A DNA stretch of 64,000 bases, taken from the IMG/VR virus record IMGVR_UViG_3300032753_000007, positions 45,753 through 109,752 of that record; one strand, 5' to 3'. Below are positions 38,703 through 48,609 of this stretch, piece after piece (the stretch's first letter is position 1; every line of letters starts with the position of its first letter). The DNA comes from a virus. The notes under the pieces were generated by a model. The model was not told where the DNA came from and made no database searches. It saw only the letters and a list, made by a program, of their open reading frames with translations. The translations under genes and the position numbers were made by a program.

Positions 38703-38832
38703 GTACCAGCTTTTTAACAATTAAACTTATTGCCAGTAAGTTTACTTTCACCCCTTACCACAAGGATATCTTTAAGTTATTATGTTCATAACTTTCACAT
38801 AATATAATGATTATCTTTTATTTTTTTAATCA

Positions 38833-40062
38833 TTAATGAATAGTAACTAATGCACGAATAAGAATATATATCATTACACCAATCCGTGTACCAGGCAATG
38901 TTAATTCAGTAATGTCTGGATTAGCTTCTTCAATAATGACCGCTATATTTTTTTTTATTTTATTATATTCAGGTGATATCAATCTACTGGATCTTAAAAC
39001 ACCTTTCATTTTAATACCAATTATACCTAAATCATGTAATGGAATACTTTCTTTTTGTAATACATCAAAAGAAAACATTAATATTTCATCTACTAGATCA
39101 TGTACATTAACACCATGTATTCGTTTAAAATAATTTTTAGATATAACTTTTAATGTATTATCTAAATAAGCAGGATATACAGTATTAACAGTTAACAATA
39201 TAGCGCGTCTAACATCGTCATTAATAAATGCATTAACATCAGGCACTATAGCATCCATAGCTGTTTTAATACTAATATATTTATTAGTAGCATCTTTTAA
39301 AAACTTTTCTCCTTCAAAAGTAGAAAACTTACTCGTTGTTGCTATCTTTAATTCTTTTTCATGATATTCATAAAAACGAGTATTTAAGATATTTATAATT
39401 GATCTTAAACGACTCTGTATATCATTTAACATTTTAACAATTGAAATATTATCATCTAATGATCTTAATGTATGCGTGTGTAATGTATCATCAGCTATAA
39501 TTTCATCAGTACGCATTTGGATTAGTGCTTGCCAACTGCCTGCTTTTTTTAAAGAGAATCTATTGTTTAATGACTCATATACGGCTGTAGCTATAGCAAT
39601 ATTAGCAGGGTATTTAAAGTCATTGTATAAAATGCTACTAATAAACTTATATTGCAGCATATTAATTGCAGCGCTCGCTAATGCCATTTTTTCTTTTTCA
39701 TTTAAAGTATCTGAAATTAAAGCATGATGCGCTATCCATATACAGGATAAGTTAATTGGATTACTAGATACTTTAAAAGATTTATTGATATCAGGTAAAT
39801 GATAAAGATGCTCTGTTAAGATATCAAAGTCTACTACTTCAATACCGAGTACATTATTAATCCAATTGTTTCTATCTACTTTACTCCAAACAATAGGAAA
39901 TACACCTGTTAAATTACCACCAAAGAAATTAATAGAATTTTCATCTTTATTAATAAAGTCATTAGTATAGTTAATAACTTTTAATATAAATGCTCTATCA
40001 AACTTAATATCTAAAAACTGATCAAATGCATATTTTACTGTTTTTTCAATAGGTAATTTCAT
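38833..40062 (-). CDS. conserved jumbo-phage hypothetical or virion-assembly protein
   Basis: 409 aa; FFGGNLTGV and SLKKAGSW segments recalled from phiKZ-like phages; exact ortholog uncertain. Confidence 0.55.
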   Translation of the reverse strand: MKLPIEKTVKYAFDQFLDIKFDRAFILKVINYTNDFINKDENSINFFGGNLTGVFPIVWSKVDRNNWINNVLGIEVVDFDILTEHLYHLPDINKSFKVSSNPINLSCIWIAHHALISDTLNEKEKMALASAAINMLQYKFISSILYNDFKYPANIAIATAVYESLNNRFSLKKAGSWQALIQMRTDEIIADDTLHTHTLRSLDDNISIVKMLNDIQSRLRSIINILNTRFYEYHEKELKIATTSKFSTFEGEKFLKDATNKYISIKTAMDAIVPDVNAFINDDVRRAILLTVNTVYPAYLDNTLKVISKNYFKRIHGVNVHDLVDEILMFSFDVLQKESIPLHDLGIIGIKMKGVLRSSRLISPEYNKIKKNIAVIIEEANPDITELTLPGTRIGVMIYILIRALVTIH

Positions 40063-40069
40063 TATTCAC

Positions 40070-40816
40070 CTATACAGTTGACAACATACGTGCAATAGCG
40101 TTCATACTTGCTCTATCACCCAATATGCCCATTTTAGTGGTTTTTTCCATAAGTTCATAATACTCTTCTTCAGCACTGCTATAGCTATCAATGTATTCTT
40201 TTATAACACCTAATGCAATACCTTGTCTTACTTCAGCAGTGCCCAGTTTAATGCGCATGGTATTATAAATAATAAACTTAGTAGCGAGTATACAGAGTTT
40301 TCTATAATGGGGTAATAATCTAGGTGCAATGTTTCCTAAGTCAGGATCATTCTCTAATATACAGCGTAATGTTGCTATTGGTGTATAAAACATACCAGGT
40401 ACATAAATGGTATTAATGCCTGTTAAAGATAATTCTACTTTAGCATCTGATGTCGAAATCATATCAGTTGCAGCAGATGCAATAGTAGGTTGATAAGGGG
40501 CTTGTAATGAATAGCCATAACCAACTGATAGGACAGATAGTATACGTCTACCATTAGTAACGGATAAGCCAATTCTATAAATAGAGCCTTCACGTAATTG
40601 CGTAATATCAGCATTAGATAAATCTACAATAGCTTCAATGCCAGATACTAAATTACAATCAGCACCTACTTTATCAATAATTATTTTATTTTTTAATACA
40701 CCATTTAAAGGAAGTGGTAAGTCATTTAGATTAGGTGTTTCCATAAATGACATTTCTAGTATTTCAATAGGGATAGCATACTTAATTTGGTTAATTAAAT
40801 ATTCAGCATTATTCAT
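40070..40816 (-). CDS. putative virion structural (neck-type) protein
   Basis: 248 aa; IPIEILEMSF, LENDPDL and LATK.IIYN segments recalled from phiKZ-like virion proteins. Confidence 0.5.
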   Translation of the reverse strand: MNNAEYLINQIKYAIPIEILEMSFMETPNLNDLPLPLNGVLKNKIIIDKVGADCNLVSGIEAIVDLSNADITQLREGSIYRIGLSVTNGRRILSVLSVGYGYSLQAPYQPTIASAATDMISTSDAKVELSLTGINTIYVPGMFYTPIATLRCILENDPDLGNIAPRLLPHYRKLCILATKFIIYNTMRIKLGTAEVRQGIALGVIKEYIDSYSSAEEEYYELMEKTTKMGILGDRASMNAIARMLSTV

Positions 40817-40876
40817 GGCATTACCTCAGCTAAAAAATGAATACACATTATAACTTTATGTATGGCTAGTTATATC

Positions 40877-40908
40877 AAGATAATTTAAATGATATATTAT
40901 TACTATGC
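40877..40908 (+). promoter_or_regulatory. putative early promoter
   Basis: AAGATAATTTAAATGATATATTATTACTATGC matches the repeated motif. Confidence 0.6.
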
Positions 40909-40938
40909 TTTATACTACAACTAACTAGGAAAAATTCA

Positions 40939-41373
40939 ATGAAAGAAAAAATAAGCTCTATTGGCATATATAGTGTTGAGCTAGACATTATTGTAGACAA
41001 AGTAATGGTAAACGCCTGTCTTTTTGCCTCTGGTGAAATAGGCATCTATAGGAAGGTTAATAAGGCTGCACGCAGTGGGTATGCTAAAGTAAACCCATTG
41101 CAATTTATTGAATATAGGAATCATTGTGAAAAGATAAACCATATGGCACAGTTGTATAAACGCATTCAGCATCTAAACACCTATTTAGATATAAGTGAGG
41201 ATTCAATAGCGTTTATAGAGTATAAACTATTTACACGCGAACGCATTGTTAGCGCACTCTATCGGATAAGAAAACTGTATGAAGAAATAACAACATTTAC
41301 TGATAGGCTTATTTATAGCGGTCTAGATGATATTATTATTCCATTACCACTAGACCTTTTATCATCACTTTAA
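40939..41373 (+). CDS. hypothetical protein
   Basis: 144 aa; SD AGGA. Confidence 0.6.
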   Translation: MKEKISSIGIYSVELDIIVDKVMVNACLFASGEIGIYRKVNKAARSGYAKVNPLQFIEYRNHCEKINHMAQLYKRIQHLNTYLDISEDSIAFIEYKLFTRERIVSALYRIRKLYEEITTFTDRLIYSGLDDIIIPLPLDLLSSL

Positions 41374-41412
41374 TTTATTTACTCTTTACCACAATTAAAT
41401 AAGGAAAATCTA

Positions 41413-42414
41413 ATGCCTAAAAATACAATTCACGTTTATGCTTGCGGCGGTGCTGGAATTAACAGAGCCATTAGTATTGAACTACCCATCAATGCAGCTG
41501 GGTTTGCTACACCCCATACCACACTCATTGACACCAGTACATCAAACTTACCAAAACAACTACCCTCTAACTTTACACAATACATGATACCAGGTGTTGA
41601 TGGTGCTGGTAAGAATAGAGGATTTGCACACAATGTTTCTATTGCTCATTTAGATAAGATATTGATTGATAATAAACAAGGCGATGTCAATGTGGTTATA
41701 TTCAGCATGAGTGGTGGTAGTGGTTCAGTTATTGGCCCTATGTTAATTAAGCGGTTATTAGAGCGTGATTGCTCTGTTATCAGCTTAGGAATCGCTAACT
41801 TAACCAGTGCTGTTGAAGCTAACAATACGCGCTCCACGCTGCTAACATTATCAAATGTCAGTAGCAATGTAACTGGCGTACCATTGGTTTGTGGTATGTA
41901 TGAAAATACAAGTATGACACCACGCAGTGCAGTAGATGCTAAAATCGATAATGATTTAAGAGCTATCGCGATGTTATGTAGCGGTGAAAATATTGCATTA
42001 GATAAAATGGATATTTATAACTGGCTACATTTTAACAAAATTACGTCAGTGCCTTCACAATTGGTAGAGCTACACATTGATGTAGTCACCATAGAAAATG
42101 AACCCCATTATTCACCTGAGTACGCGAATGTAATTAGCACTGCATCGGTATTGCATTCTCAAGACTTAATTGAGCCTGCTTTAAATCAGGCTTATGGTTG
42201 CGTCGGTTATTTATCGCCTGCTACATTAGAAGCCTCTGATTCTTCTAAACCGTCACTACACTTCATTTTATCTAATGCTAATTTAGTATCACGATTAGAA
42301 AACTATGAAGCTATATTAAAATCGTTTAAAGAAAAAGAAGCAGCGACTGCAGCTGTTAAACTAATTGATGTACCTGTTATAATTGGAGCTGATAAAGACG
42401 GCTTTATTATATAA
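41413..42414 (+). CDS. phuZ: phage tubulin PhuZ
   Basis: YACGGAGIN, IDTS, DGAGKNR, tubulin signature SGGSGS, LDKMDIYNW, acidic-hydrophobic C-terminal tail. Confidence 0.92.
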   Translation: MPKNTIHVYACGGAGINRAISIELPINAAGFATPHTTLIDTSTSNLPKQLPSNFTQYMIPGVDGAGKNRGFAHNVSIAHLDKILIDNKQGDVNVVIFSMSGGSGSVIGPMLIKRLLERDCSVISLGIANLTSAVEANNTRSTLLTLSNVSSNVTGVPLVCGMYENTSMTPRSAVDAKIDNDLRAIAMLCSGENIALDKMDIYNWLHFNKITSVPSQLVELHIDVVTIENEPHYSPEYANVISTASVLHSQDLIEPALNQAYGCVGYLSPATLEASDSSKPSLHFILSNANLVSRLENYEAILKSFKEKEAATAAVKLIDVPVIIGADKDGFII

Positions 42415-42420
42415 TCATGT

Positions 42421-42451
42421 AGAGGTGACTACCTAGGTAGTCACCTCTTTT
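42421..42451 (+). terminator. terminator (28-bp perfect palindrome)
   Basis: AGAGGTGACTACCTAGGTAGTCACCTCT followed by TTT. Confidence 0.75.
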
Positions 42452-42465
42452 AATGGAGATTAATA

Positions 42466-42924
42466 ATGAATTTTATATTTGATATACGACAATTAGCATG
42501 TGAAACAGTAGGCATACTAAATATGTATACGCCTAACTTAGGTACGGACAAACCACAAATAGATGACATGGAATATCTAATATGGTGCATATTAAATTCA
42601 CAAATAGAAAGAAAGCTAAATAAGCTAGTCTTTAAAAAGACGAGTAGTGCTGTGCATTATCGCAATTACATTGAACGATATCGCCTATATCTAAATCCTA
42701 CTAAAAAAATAGTAGAATCAATGACTGGCTTTATAGCCTATAGCCAAATAATTGAAGAGTATATCAAACAAGATACATTTGAGTATTGGATCATTACTAA
42801 AGGAATGGGAGAAAATAAAGAAATCTATCAGCTAGAATCAGCAGGTGATTATCGAATATTAGAATGGGAAGCAGATCATCTTATTAATGGCATATATGTT
42901 TCAAGAAGACGCACCATTCCCTGA
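42466..42924 (+). CDS. conserved hypothetical protein
   Basis: 152 aa; SD GGAG; GDYRILEWE segment. Confidence 0.6.
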   Translation: MNFIFDIRQLACETVGILNMYTPNLGTDKPQIDDMEYLIWCILNSQIERKLNKLVFKKTSSAVHYRNYIERYRLYLNPTKKIVESMTGFIAYSQIIEEYIKQDTFEYWIITKGMGENKEIYQLESAGDYRILEWEADHLINGIYVSRRRTIP

Positions 42925-43318
42925 AGCAGTATCTTATATTTTTTCTGCTAATGCATTAAAAGAAATAGTCAATGAGATTATTGCGCCCTCTATTGGTAGC
43001 TTTAGTAGTATCATTGATTTAGAGCCATACTTAATGAATGAGTTATTTAAAGAATTACAAAAAGAAAACTATTATGAAATACCAAACATTGCACAGTATT
43101 TAAATGAATGGCCTATGCCTAGTGACATACGTGAATATATTCTTTATGAATTATCAGTTGTTTGTAAATCAATTGCCAATAACATTATTAATGATTTAAA
43201 AAATAAACTATTAGTCGATTTTATAATCATTAAAAACTACACTATCATAGCCAACGTTGTTTATTATTCAGAGAGAACATCATGCCAGAATCTATTACAA
43301 TATCCCAAATACAATTAA
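42887..43318 (+). CDS. hypothetical protein
   Basis: 143 aa; overlaps its neighbours within the operon. Confidence 0.55.
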   Translation: MAYMFQEDAPFPEAVSYIFSANALKEIVNEIIAPSIGSFSSIIDLEPYLMNELFKELQKENYYEIPNIAQYLNEWPMPSDIREYILYELSVVCKSIANNIINDLKNKLLVDFIIIKNYTIIANVVYYSERTSCQNLLQYPKYN

Positions 43319-43707
43319 ATGACATTATATCCTTTACTACTTATGGTGTAGGTGGCATCCTTCAAATTACTAATGGCACTGTCATTGGAATTGAAACAGG
43401 CACTAATTTAAGAAATCCTACTGCTGCTGCTGCTGAACACACTAATCTATTTGGTGCTATTCCACAAAGCACTAGTAACCCTATCCCAAATGATTATAGA
43501 AAATATAATTATTTATTAATTCAAAAAACTGATAATACGTTAGTAGAAGTAGGGTTTCCATGGATTAATCAAAGCACCTTAACACGTTTAGCCTATGGTA
43601 CTTTAACAGTGGTCATTGAAGATTTTACTACGAGTAATTTACCTATATTGACTGCGTTCTTATTAGCACAAGGTTGGACAAACAACACCATTACTTATAG
43701 CAATTAA
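43282..43707 (+). CDS. conserved hypothetical protein (phiKZ gp49-like, positional)
   Basis: 141 aa; PNDY..YNYL and GFPWIN segments; directly upstream of DNA polymerase. Confidence 0.55.
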   Translation: MPESITISQIQLNDIISFTTYGVGGILQITNGTVIGIETGTNLRNPTAAAAEHTNLFGAIPQSTSNPIPNDYRKYNYLLIQKTDNTLVEVGFPWINQSTLTRLAYGTLTVVIEDFTTSNLPILTAFLLAQGWTNNTITYSN

Positions 43708-43715
43708 ATGCATTA

Positions 43716-43749
43716 TACACAGCCATTGCATAATTGCAATGGCTGTGTA
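43716..43749 (+). terminator. terminator hairpin
   Basis: TACACAGCCATTGCA-taat-TGCAATGGCTGTGTA. Confidence 0.75.
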
Positions 43750-43799
43750 ATTGTAGGCGTTTCTATTATTCTATACCTAAGATAAATTGAGAATAATTA

Positions 43800-45965
43800 A
43801 TGAGTGATGCTTTTGTTAAACCACCTGACCACTATCATAGAGACCTAGATATTAAAGGCAATGCTGAGCTAATAGCAGCTAAATATTTACAAGTCAAAAC
43901 AGGACAATCATTTGATGTTTGTTTAGATTTTGTTAAAAAAGAAACAAGTGATAATGGTTTATTTCCGTTAGCGCCTAAACATTTAAAAGTATTAAGAAAA
44001 GATCAAAATCAAGATAGAGTAAAAGACGTTTATAGCATTGATAAGATATTAGGTATAGCAACGCATGAGAAAGCAGCACTAACGGGTAATATGTGCGTGT
44101 ATAGCTCAAATGAAAATATACCATGTAGTACGGCTAATTATATAAATGATAAGTTAAATCTAAGAGCTTCTATTAAAGAGAAAGAAAAGATTGCTGAACA
44201 AGAAGGAAATAAACTATTAGCAATGACCTGTAACAATGGTCAAACTGCTGCAAAGCTATTAAATAACTCAGTATCAGGTGCTAGAGTATCACCTTATAAT
44301 CCCTTACATTTAAAAACAGCACATTCTTCATTAACCTCTACCACTATGTTGTCAGTTAGTTATAGTAACTCATCTACTGAAAGATTCTTATCTGGAAATA
44401 GGCATTATTATAATCTCTCAGTCACTATTGACGCTATCCTATCTGTTACATTAAATACAGATTATCGAGCCTTAGAAGCGACTGTCGTTAAGTATAGGCT
44501 ATATATACCTAATACGTCAGATGTATTTAAAAGCATTAAGCGCTGTAGTAAGTTCTATTGGAAAAATACACATTGGGATGATGAGTTAATAGATATTATT
44601 AACGGATTAACTGATTTAGAAAAATGTGCTTTTTTATATACAGGTGATTTTTTTAATCTCTCTAAACACAATCCAGACTTTGTAAGAGGTTTGTTATTTG
44701 AAGGTATACAGCCTGCTGATACAAATAGAGATATTGATTCAGATGCTATTGTAAAATCTGCTGATGCAGATATTATTGCATTATGTTCAGTATTATGTTC
44801 TGAGTTTTTAACAGGCACAATACCTGCTAAAATTAAAGCAACTAACCCAGAGCAATACAAGTACTTTGCTTGTACTATACTAGATGTTTGTAATTACATG
44901 AATAAATACAGTGATTTGTTTAGCACATTATTTGCTACTGTTAATATGCCATTAATGATTAGTGAGTTTCCTAATTCAATTAGACGCTCTGTAATGGGGT
45001 CTGATACAGATTCTAATATGTTTACTGTACAAGAATGGATAGTTTGGTTATTTGGTAAAGTTATTTTTTCTATTGAATCCACTAAAATAGCACAACTATT
45101 GTGTTACTTAGTATCTGAAGTAACCGCACATTCATTAATATCCTTATCACGCCAATTAGGCGTTAAAGATAAAGAATTATATCGATTAAAAATGAAAAGT
45201 GAATTTAGCTTTGCTATTTATGGTAGAGCAAATAAAGCTAAGCACTATGCTACATTAATGACCTCACGTGAAGGCAATGTATTCTCAACACCTAAGTTTG
45301 AAATTAAAGGTGTGGGATTAAAAGATTCTAAAATACCTAAATCTATTATAGGTCGCTTAGAAGAAGAATTTATTTATTTGTTTACTAAAATAACAAATAA
45401 CAAAGGTATTGATATTTACCTATTATTACAACGGATTGCTAACTTAGAACACTCAATTATGGAAGATTTAAATAAAGGCGATATTCAGTATTTATCAATG
45501 GTTAAAATAGCTAATAAAGAAGCTTATAAAAAACCAATGGCTAGTAAGTACATGCATTATGACTTATGGCAAAATGTTTATGAAAAAAAGTTTGGATCAG
45601 TAGGCGCGCCGCCTTATCAATGCGTTAAAATATCTACTACATTAATTAATAAAACCAGTATAGAAAAATGGATAGCTGCATCAGATAGTAGCTATAGAAA
45701 TGAATTAGAAGAGTGGTTAATTAGAAATAATAAGACATCATTAAAGATGTTATTAGTGCCATTAGAGTTGTTTAAAACAGGATTGCCTAAAGAGTTTTCT
45801 GACTTGATTGATAAACGTAAAATTATAAGTGAGTTAATTTCAGGCTATTATACATTATTAGAAATCATAGGGTTTTATGTACGTAATGAATCCACATCAA
45901 TTCTATTAATGGATGATATAGAATATAGACCAGAATATGGATTACCAGGTGATGAATTAAAATAA
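43800..45965 (+). CDS. family B DNA polymerase, polymerase subunit (phiKZ gp50-like)
   Basis: Q...K...NS.SGA (motif B), SDTDS (motif C), MKSEF, KHY and EIKGV motifs. Confidence 0.9.
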   Translation: MSDAFVKPPDHYHRDLDIKGNAELIAAKYLQVKTGQSFDVCLDFVKKETSDNGLFPLAPKHLKVLRKDQNQDRVKDVYSIDKILGIATHEKAALTGNMCVYSSNENIPCSTANYINDKLNLRASIKEKEKIAEQEGNKLLAMTCNNGQTAAKLLNNSVSGARVSPYNPLHLKTAHSSLTSTTMLSVSYSNSSTERFLSGNRHYYNLSVTIDAILSVTLNTDYRALEATVVKYRLYIPNTSDVFKSIKRCSKFYWKNTHWDDELIDIINGLTDLEKCAFLYTGDFFNLSKHNPDFVRGLLFEGIQPADTNRDIDSDAIVKSADADIIALCSVLCSEFLTGTIPAKIKATNPEQYKYFACTILDVCNYMNKYSDLFSTLFATVNMPLMISEFPNSIRRSVMGSDTDSNMFTVQEWIVWLFGKVIFSIESTKIAQLLCYLVSEVTAHSLISLSRQLGVKDKELYRLKMKSEFSFAIYGRANKAKHYATLMTSREGNVFSTPKFEIKGVGLKDSKIPKSIIGRLEEEFIYLFTKITNNKGIDIYLLLQRIANLEHSIMEDLNKGDIQYLSMVKIANKEAYKKPMASKYMHYDLWQNVYEKKFGSVGAPPYQCVKISTTLINKTSIEKWIAASDSSYRNELEEWLIRNNKTSLKMLLVPLELFKTGLPKEFSDLIDKRKIISELISGYYTLLEIIGFYVRNESTSILLMDDIEYRPEYGLPGDELK

Positions 45966-46049
45966 ATTCAAACTTTTTTTCATATATATATAATTTATAT
46001 GAATAAAGACAATTCCGTCCTTACATTAACGCTGCAATGAGCAGCAGGA
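45962..46049 (+). repeat. promoter plus two-hairpin leader element, copy 2
   Basis: Homologous to 22093-22178. Confidence 0.85.
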
Positions 46050-46057
46050 GCTTTACA

Positions 46058-46450
46058 ATGAGTTTAGTCGCCAAGAGCAACCACAACAAATTTAATAACA
46101 AATACGACGGTGACGTATTTCCACTGTTGACGGAAACAATATTTACTCAGCATGAGGCTGATATATCGGAACATAGCCTAGTAAAATTGAAAATCGAACT
46201 CATTTATGAGAACTTAAATAAAGGGGATATACAATATTTATCAATGGTTAAACTCCGTGAGGACCTTGTATACCAAACAAGGTACATAAGCGATCTTAAA
46301 GAAAAAATAGTAAAGGATCACGAGTTTTTACTTAAAACTCCGTGTAAGGGTACTTTAGAAACTAGCGTTGAGGCTGCATTAAATGCAGCATATGATGATC
46401 ATCTACAATGGCTAGCCGAATTTATAGCCGATATGTGTAGTTCTTCTTAA
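46058..46450 (+). CDS. hypothetical early cassette protein containing a 13-aa DNA-polymerase-identical segment
   Basis: Start moved from 46037 to ATG 46058 (SD AGGAG); LNKGDIQYLSMVK at 46214-46252. Confidence 0.7.
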   Translation: MSLVAKSNHNKFNNKYDGDVFPLLTETIFTQHEADISEHSLVKLKIELIYENLNKGDIQYLSMVKLREDLVYQTRYISDLKEKIVKDHEFLLKTPCKGTLETSVEAALNAAYDDHLQWLAEFIADMCSSS

Positions 46451-46458
46451 CCATTTAT

Positions 46459-46498
46459 TACCACTATAGAGTTTAAACTCTATAGTGGTATTTTTTTT
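46459..46498. terminator. bidirectional terminator (32-bp perfect palindrome plus T tract)
   Basis: TACCACTATAGAGTTTAAACTCTATAGTGGTA followed by T8; between convergent genes. Confidence 0.85.
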
Positions 46499-47555
46499 AT
46501 GCTTCACTTATTTTTTTTCTACTTTCTTCATAACGCTTAATAAAGGTTTCTCTTAATGCAGTAGGCATTCTTGTTAATGAATCAGTAGAATAAATAAATC
46601 TATCTACTCGTAATAATAAATTATGAATATTAGTAGTCGTTTGATTACCATTAGCTACAATAGCTGCTAAATAAAACCAATCAACATAAACTAATAACAA
46701 TAACCAATAACTGTACATACTCAATTCATTTATTTCATATGGTAATCTAGTCATTACATTATCACTAAACAATAAAGGTATTTGTTCTAATGTATTATAG
46801 TAGGGCAATCGCCTTGTTCTTAACTTAACTAATAGATGAGTTAATTCATGATCTATTGTTTCTTCAATACTTTTAATATTTTGTCTTTCTCGTTTAGTAG
46901 GATCAGGAATATCTTCACCTAATGCTAAGTGTATGATTCTATTTCTTAAAGCAATATCTATTTGTTCAGGCATCATACCAGGCAGCACATATTGCCCTAT
47001 AAACTCCGATAATGATTCATGTGTTAGCTCCGCATTGGTATCTTGTTCATGTAGCCATCCTCGCAATTGTCGTGCCAATTTAAATAGATCTATACCAATA
47101 GCTGAAAATCTATTATCTATAATATCATTACCGAGTGGAGGCAAGAATATTTCCATTGTGGTAAAGGGATGATTTAAACATCTAACAGGTCTTTCATTAC
47201 GCCAATCTAATTGCTTATCTGTAAATGTAGTAGATAAGACAGCACAGTTAGTCGTATAGAAGAGTTTTGTATAAATCATACCCTTTGTAAAGCTAGAGGT
47301 AATTCGTGCTGCAGAACAGATTTTTGTATGGTTATCTTCAATTAAACGATGTAGGTCTGTCTTAATAGTAACATAATCCATTAAGGTGTATAATACTTTA
47401 ATAAGTAAGTGATTTGAATTTATATACTTTGGATGTGTGGTTAAGAAGTATAAGTAATAATCATAATAGCCTTTATATACATTTCTTAATCGTAGTATAT
47501 TAGGTACATCAATCTCACCTCTATTACTAAGGTGATGTGTAAACAATCTAAACAT
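46497..47555 (-). CDS. virion structural protein (phiKZ gp52-like, positional)
   Basis: 352 aa; minus-strand gene between DNA polymerase and chmA; NHLLIK and YVLP segments. Confidence 0.55.
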   Translation of the reverse strand: MFRLFTHHLSNRGEIDVPNILRLRNVYKGYYDYYLYFLTTHPKYINSNHLLIKVLYTLMDYVTIKTDLHRLIEDNHTKICSAARITSSFTKGMIYTKLFYTTNCAVLSTTFTDKQLDWRNERPVRCLNHPFTTMEIFLPPLGNDIIDNRFSAIGIDLFKLARQLRGWLHEQDTNAELTHESLSEFIGQYVLPGMMPEQIDIALRNRIIHLALGEDIPDPTKRERQNIKSIEETIDHELTHLLVKLRTRRLPYYNTLEQIPLLFSDNVMTRLPYEINELSMYSYWLLLLVYVDWFYLAAIVANGNQTTTNIHNLLLRVDRFIYSTDSLTRMPTALRETFIKRYEESRKKISEA

Positions 47556-47591
47556 ATATATCTCCTAATAGTCATAGGATTAACATGATTC

Positions 47592-47627
47592 AAATAATTT
47601 ATATAGCTACATTATAGCTGTGAGTAA
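47592..47627 (+). promoter_or_regulatory. putative early promoter
   Basis: AAATAATTTATATAGCTACATTATAGCTGTGAGTA, a variant of the repeated motif. Confidence 0.55.
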
Positions 47628-47652
47628 ATACAATTAATTAAACGAGGAATAT

Positions 47653-47838
47653 ATGACTAATAATGATACCCAACCAGTTAATAACGATACTAATAAAGAA
47701 GTATCGTTTAATAGCAGCCTCAATAACTTAAAACCTATGTCTGATGAACAATTAAAGCTCTACACTGAGACAGTTGACAATCCAAACATAAGTTTTAATG
47801 AAAAACTATTAGTACTTAATTCAAAATACGGCAAATAG
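47653..47838 (+). CDS. small hypothetical protein
   Basis: 61 aa; SD GAGG. Confidence 0.55.
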   Translation: MTNNDTQPVNNDTNKEVSFNSSLNNLKPMSDEQLKLYTETVDNPNISFNEKLLVLNSKYGK

Positions 47839-47848
47839 GATTTAATTT

Positions 47849-48163
47849 ATGTTAAAACGCATAGTGCTTTACTTTCTATTACTAGTGGTATCACTTAATC
47901 TATTTGCTGCTACTTTAGCTGAATGTGATGTAATGTTAAAGCACTATGCTAAAGTCAGAAACAATAGTAATCCAAGTATTAGGAGTAAAGCCAATCTAAT
48001 ACATGATAAAATATTTAAAGAATGCATCATACCACAAGGATATGATACGGATACATTGATGTATCATTTAACTCACGATAAACCACTAGAAATAACACCT
48101 ACCAAACCTAAAGGAAAACATAATGAAAAAACCAAAAAGATACCCAATGCTAGACGACGATAA
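47849..48163 (+). CDS. small exported protein
   Basis: Signal peptide MLKRIVLYFLLLVVSLNLFA; two Cys; basic tail. Confidence 0.55.
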   Translation: MLKRIVLYFLLLVVSLNLFAATLAECDVMLKHYAKVRNNSNPSIRSKANLIHDKIFKECIIPQGYDTDTLMYHLTHDKPLEITPTKPKGKHNEKTKKIPNARRR

Positions 48164-48566
48164 TAACAGTGATGCTGCTGTTATAATGGCTATGCCAGAC
48201 ACACCACTACCAGAAGACGATGACACAGTACCATTTCTTATTAAAGGCGATGAGCCTACTGAAGAAGTTAAACCACAGATAACAATGGATGTATTACCAC
48301 CAGAAGTACAAGCATTCATAAAAGAACAAATAATAGCAGCAGTAGCACAAAGTACTGCTGCTATGTTAAGTGCTCAACCAATACTTAGTGATATTAAGGA
48401 TCAGTTAGATCATATTAATGAAGCTAGTAAAGTTGTCATAGAATCAAATAAAGTAGAAGAAATAACTACTAAAGAGGAAGATCCATATGCTGAGTTATGC
48501 TCACTAGATAGATTTATTATGGAATCAACAGAACATATTAGATTAGAACAACGTAATCATTGGTAA
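48123..48566 (+). CDS. acidic hypothetical protein
   Basis: 147 aa; SD AAGGA. Confidence 0.6.
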   Translation: MKKPKRYPMLDDDNNSDAAVIMAMPDTPLPEDDDTVPFLIKGDEPTEEVKPQITMDVLPPEVQAFIKEQIIAAVAQSTAAMLSAQPILSDIKDQLDHINEASKVVIESNKVEEITTKEEDPYAELCSLDRFIMESTEHIRLEQRNHW

Positions 48567-48571
48567 AATTA

Positions 48572-48606
48572 CTATCTACTACATCACAGAGTGATGTAGT
48601 AGATAG
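48572..48606 (+). terminator. terminator hairpin
   Basis: CTATCTACTACATCAC-aga-GTGATGTAGTAGATAG. Confidence 0.75.
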
Positions 48607-48609
48607 ATT

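Noticed and set aside
46037-46057. Track start at 46037 (MSSRSFT)
   Set aside because: That ATG lies in the loop of the shared leader hairpin; the SD AGGAG supports 46058.
22093-46490. Calling the two leader cassettes IS elements or integron cassettes
   Set aside because: No transposase or integrase, terminal inverted repeats, target duplications or attC core sites seen; kept only as a repeat and a hypothesis.
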